From Thermodesulfobacteriota bacterium (GTDB lineage: Bacteria; Desulfobacterota; Desulfobacteria; Desulfobacterales; SURF-7): DNA of 64,000 bases. Shown here piece by piece: positions 61,513-64,000 of this stretch (the stretch's first letter is position 1; every line of letters begins with the position of its first letter). Location of the stretch: positions 1 to 64,000 of the forward strand of contig JBMORA010000032.1 of assembly GCA_049320885.1 (NCBI GenBank), in the 5' to 3' direction. The notes beneath the pieces are model-generated. The model was not told the origin of the DNA. It worked only from the letters and a program-made list of their open reading frames with translations, and searched no databases. Position numbers and translations under genes: made by a program.

Positions 61513-63994
61513 GGAGCACCCCGCGCTGATGAAGAAGTTGGTCGTACGTTCCCATTTCCACGATCTTCCCTGCCTTCATGACGGCTATTGTATCATAATT
61601 CCTCACAATGTCGAGCCGGTGGGCCACGGAAATCACCGTCGTGTTTCCCCGCAGGCGGGTTTCCAGCATGTTCTGAATCCGGGCCTGGGATTTGTTGTCC
61701 AGGGCCGCCGTGGCTTCGTCCATCAACAGGTATTTCGGTGATTTCAAAAGCACCCGGGCCACCGCCAGCTTTTGCCGCTGGCCGCCGGAAAGATTCTCGC
61801 CCTTGTTGCCCACCCGGTACTGCAGTCCGATGGCGATCATGGGTTCCAGCATGTCCTCTTCGATCAGCAGATGAACGATCTTTTGGCTGATTTTTTCCTG
61901 AACCCCGGGGGCATTGCTTTTGGGCTTGCCGAAAAGAATATTGCTGAGAATGGTCTGGGAGGGAAGATAGGTCGCTGGCTGAAAGGAAGAAAACGCCTCC
62001 GGATTCCGTTTCATCACGCTATCCCGGAACAAGGCGCGGCCTTCTAGAAGCTGCTTTGTTAAAGCGCCGGTCAGGGCCGCCATCTTGTGTTTCCCCGGGC
62101 AAAACCGCAAACCCAGCGCCAGCAGCATGCGCTTATCCGGTTCCGCCGCCTGGCGCGGCGGCGTATCCTTTACTCGCCCGATCAGCTCCTTGTAAGCCCC
62201 CAATTCGTCCGCCGCAATGGGACTCTGCTCAAAGAAGGCGGCTTCCGGAGGCAGATTTCCGAGGATATCCACCGTCCGCGCGGCAAGCCCGTAACCCAGG
62301 TTCAGCAGGGGCGAAAGCAGGCCCGCCTGTTCCAGAAATGCCACAAAATCATCTTGTTTTTCCAGCATCCAGGGATCAAAATCCGGCGAATGGGAGACGC
62401 CGAAAATAATGTTTTCCGCCACGCTTGAATAATACAGGTAATTTCCATCATGAAAAAACTCCACGTATTCGGCCAGACCCTGTCCAAAATCCTGTTGAAA
62501 ATGCTTCCGCATTCGGATCAGCAGTGACGCCATGTCACCGTGCCGCGCCCGGTCCAGCATGGCGTTCAAACCGAAATGCAGCACATCCACGAACAGACCG
62601 ACCTGCTGCAGAATCGCGATCATCCGATCCAGATTGGGCAGGGGGTTCTCCTCCCCCCCCCATCCGGCGGCCTTGCAGGCATACAACAGATTGTCCTCGA
62701 TGCTTCCGACGAAAATAAACGGGGCCTGGGAAATGATGCCGACGTTATCGACCACATCCTTTTTCGAAAGGTCGGCGACATCCCGGTCATCCAGCAGAAT
62801 CTGCCCCCCGGAATACCGGAACAGCTGGCCGATACACTGAACCAGCGTGCTTTTCCCGCTGCCGGAGAAACCGATCAGCGCCAGATGTTCCCCGGGCCGG
62901 AGATTCAGGGAAACGTCGTCCAGCAGCCGAACGCCGTCTTCCGTGGAAAAAGAAAGCCGGTTGATGTGTAAACGGCCTTCAAACCGGTATGGGGGCCGCT
63001 CCGGAGAGGTCAGCCGGAATTCCGGTTCACCCCGGAAATATTCCATGGTCCGGCGGTACCGCACGGAGGCGTCCTGGTACACCTGATAAAACTCGATCAA
63101 TTCCTTCCAGGGGTCGTACAATTTTTCCTGGGCGGATAAAAAGGCGACCAAAGCGCCCAATTCCAGGCGGCCGCGCATGGTCAGATAGCCGCCGAGCACA
63201 AAAACGACCAATGGTCCCAAACTGCTGAACAAATTATTCACGCTCTTGACGCCGAACAGGAACGCGTTCCAGACGATCCGGATTTTCTGCAGACGGACCA
63301 CCAGATCCCGGTATTTCCGGTTTTCCACGGTAAAAGCGCCGTTCCCCTGGATCTCCTGAATACCGCTGACGGATTCGGCGATCTTTCCGGAAAGATCCCG
63401 GGAGATATCCACCCGCCGCTTGTTTTGACGATTGGCTCCCTTTTGCAGCAGCGGCACCAGTACCAGCACGATGGGATAGATGGCCAGCGAAATGGCCCCG
63501 AGGAGCGGATTCAGCCACACCAGATAGCCGGCAAAGGCCATCAGGGTCAGGATATTGACGATGGGGGTGGCCAGGGCCATTCCGGCGAAATTACCCGCGG
63601 TGCTCAGCTCCGTCAGCAGAAAGGATACCACTGTCCCGGGCTGGGTTCTGCGGAAAAACGAAAGCGGAAGAACCAGGATGTGCTCGAACAGGGCCAGCCG
63701 CATTTCCCTCAGGGCCCGTTCGCCGATGACCGCTTGCAGCAGGTTGATCAGGTATTTGAGGCCGGTTGCGATGACGACGGCCGCCAGGTAAATCCCGCAG
63801 TAGATGGCCAGCAGCTCCATCTGGCGGAATTTGATGGCTTCGTTGACAATGCGTTTCTGCATTTCCAGCGGGATCACCCTGGCGAATACCGTGATCATGA
63901 TGATCAGCAGGAGCAACAGCTGCAGCCTCATATTCGAAGCAAAAGCCCATGATATCAATGATCTTTCCGTTACGGGAGGCTCTTTTTTTCCCAT
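61487..63994 (-). CDS. Fused ABC exporter (TMD plus NBD) with a large insertion in the NBD
   Basis: Six-TM-type membrane domain; GFSGSGKST, Q-loop IISQAP, then ~270 extra aa before LSGGQRQK, LLMDE, VAHRL. Confidence 0.9.
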   Translation of the reverse strand: MGKKEPPVTERSLISWAFASNMRLQLLLLLIIMITVFARVIPLEMQKRIVNEAIKFRQMELLAIYCGIYLAAVVIATGLKYLINLLQAVIGERALREMRLALFEHILVLPLSFFRRTQPGTVVSFLLTELSTAGNFAGMALATPIVNILTLMAFAGYLVWLNPLLGAISLAIYPIVLVLVPLLQKGANRQNKRRVDISRDLSGKIAESVSGIQEIQGNGAFTVENRKYRDLVVRLQKIRIVWNAFLFGVKSVNNLFSSLGPLVVFVLGGYLTMRGRLELGALVAFLSAQEKLYDPWKELIEFYQVYQDASVRYRRTMEYFRGEPEFRLTSPERPPYRFEGRLHINRLSFSTEDGVRLLDDVSLNLRPGEHLALIGFSGSGKSTLVQCIGQLFRYSGGQILLDDRDVADLSKKDVVDNVGIISQAPFIFVGSIEDNLLYACKAAGWGGEENPLPNLDRMIAILQQVGLFVDVLHFGLNAMLDRARHGDMASLLIRMRKHFQQDFGQGLAEYVEFFHDGNYLYYSSVAENIIFGVSHSPDFDPWMLEKQDDFVAFLEQAGLLSPLLNLGYGLAARTVDILGNLPPEAAFFEQSPIAADELGAYKELIGRVKDTPPRQAAEPDKRMLLALGLRFCPGKHKMAALTGALTKQLLEGRALFRDSVMKRNPEAFSSFQPATYLPSQTILSNILFGKPKSNAPGVQEKISQKIVHLLIEEDMLEPMIAIGLQYRVGNKGENLSGGQRQKLAVARVLLKSPKYLLMDEATAALDNKSQARIQNMLETRLRGNTTVISVAHRLDIVRNYDTIAVMKAGKIVEMGTYDQLLHQRGVLHELVHGNK

Positions 63995-64000
63995 GCGGGC

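Noticed and set aside
62653..62661. C9 homopolymer (G9 on the coding strand) as a phase-variation tract
   Set aside because: Short, in frame and encoding W-G-G-E; there is no evidence of slippage without reads.

Overview
Bacterial chromosomal window; gene content and protein sequences suggest Desulfobacterota (Desulfobacterales-like), which is an inference. 1-16.6 kb (minus strand) is the core transcription/translation cluster: tRNA-Thr/Tyr/Gly/Thr, tuf, rpmG, tRNA-Trp, secE, nusG, rplKAJL, rpoBC, rpsL, rpsG and a second, apparently identical tuf, with no fusA between rpsG and tuf. 16.7-41 kb holds housekeeping and envelope genes (MltD-like, LVIVD-repeat protein, THUMP methyltransferase, ssb, HAD, priA, cls, pyruvoyl arginine decarboxylase, dapA, YkgJ, MipA, porin, FG-GAP protein, gatB). 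41.4-64 kb is a large uncharacterised locus. Its plus-strand arm encodes a GSCFA protein, three glycosyltransferases, a histidine phosphatase, a deacetylase, a MacB/LolCDE-type ABC system with a ~1600-aa pseudo-M28 permease, two OPT-like membrane proteins and an orphan PqqD-like protein. It converges on a minus-strand ABC exporter, cNMP-domain protein, anti-sigma kinase and STAS module. Top leads: (1) a ~100-aa parvulin/PpiC-like domain inserted in RNA polymerase beta'; (2) the 41-64 kb glyco/peptide-handling system; (3) a probable UGA-recoded (Sec) secreted DUF1573 protein that the ORF caller split in two; (4) a family of heptamer repeats placed identically before two Shine-Dalgarno-less start codons. 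All family assignments come from motif recognition by eye; no searches were run.
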